Assembly: GCA_951406725.2 (NCBI GenBank)
Contig: OX597821.1
Coordinates: forward strand, 114,576,001 to 114,640,000
DNA: 64,000 nt
Direction: 5' to 3'
Source: Octopus vulgaris
Lineage: Eukaryota
A program made the position numbers and the translations under genes. Below, one piece after another: positions 61,727 to 64,000 of the stretch. The notes beneath the pieces are model-generated. The model was not told the DNA's origin. It saw only the letters and a list, made by a program, of their open reading frames with translations, and did not search any database. Position 1 is the first letter of the stretch; each line of letters opens with the position of its first letter.

Positions 61727-62636
61727 CATCATCATCATCATCAGTCGTCCGTAGACAAAACTATAACCTTTTACTCTCTGCATTGAAGTGTCTTTGTACG
61801 TATGTATGTATGTATGTATGTATGTATGTATGTATGTATGTATGTATGTATGTATGTATGTATGTATGCATGTATGTATGTATGTATGTATGTATGGATG
61901 TATGTATGCGCGAATGCGCGTGTGTATGTATATATGGAATAAGACTATTATTTTGGATATAAGATTATTAACGACACCTTTGTATGAGCTAATTTGATAC
62001 GTGTCGTGTTTTTATTGGTTCGTGTGTAATGAACTCAAAGATTACCCAGTTATAAAATGTGTTAAACGGTTAAAGAAATGCTAATCACAGTGAAAAACCT
62101 TTTCAAAGTCCATTGTGAGATTTTCTGATTTTCTGCAGCTGTAACCAATATTACAGTCCACCTCTGAGAATTGTGCTGTTTGCTGTAAGTACGTTTGTTA
62201 TTTGAACGGAATTCATTCCATTTCATTGTTAAAAGAAATTGAATATTTTTGTATGCAAATAAGAAAACTAACACATACGCGCACATATACCCATAGACGC
62301 ATAAAGCACACTCGCATACAGATACACTAACCACACATATATTTACACCCCCCACACATATAAACAAACACATACGCACAAACATACACACATGTACCCA
62401 TAGACGCACACGGATACACTAATCGCACATATATTTACACCCCATCTGCACACACAAATATACAGGGACATAAAAAGGTCTTTGTCGGAATAATATTGTA
62501 TTGCCTTTTCTTTGAGATGTATTCAAGTTTTTCGCCAGAATTTAAGCTGTTGACAAGATTTTATTGCTTGAGTAAAGACAATTCTTGAGATCTGTCAATA
62601 TGTGAATGGCTACATACATGTATGTATGTATATATA

Positions 62637-64000
<1,364 letters not shown>

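Overview
AT-rich, microsatellite- and repeat-dense animal genomic DNA. The SINE/LINE repertoire is the one typical of Octopus (coleoid cephalopod); this is an inference, not a database result. The one well-supported protein-coding gene is a + strand DEAD-box RNA helicase of the DDX24/MAK5 type. I reconstructed it by hand as 17 coding exons (14880-41086, 2292 nt, 763 aa) with consistent splice phases and all helicase motifs. Intron 15 (38685-40253) has clear U12 minor-spliceosome signals. It also contains a ~900-bp fold-back made of two head-to-head tRNA-headed retroelement copies with degenerate hammerhead-ribozyme cores, and the sense-strand copy has lost its cleavage site. A possible first exon of an XK-related membrane protein lies on the - strand at 4656-4740. 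The rest is transposable elements: a young 5'-truncated CR1-like LINE, RTE, R4/Dong and Penelope remnants, Tc1/mariner, hAT and TTAA-type MITEs, Helitron/Helentron-like elements, two solo-LTR-like segments, many SINEs and simple repeats. No rRNA, true tRNA or CRISPR features were found.
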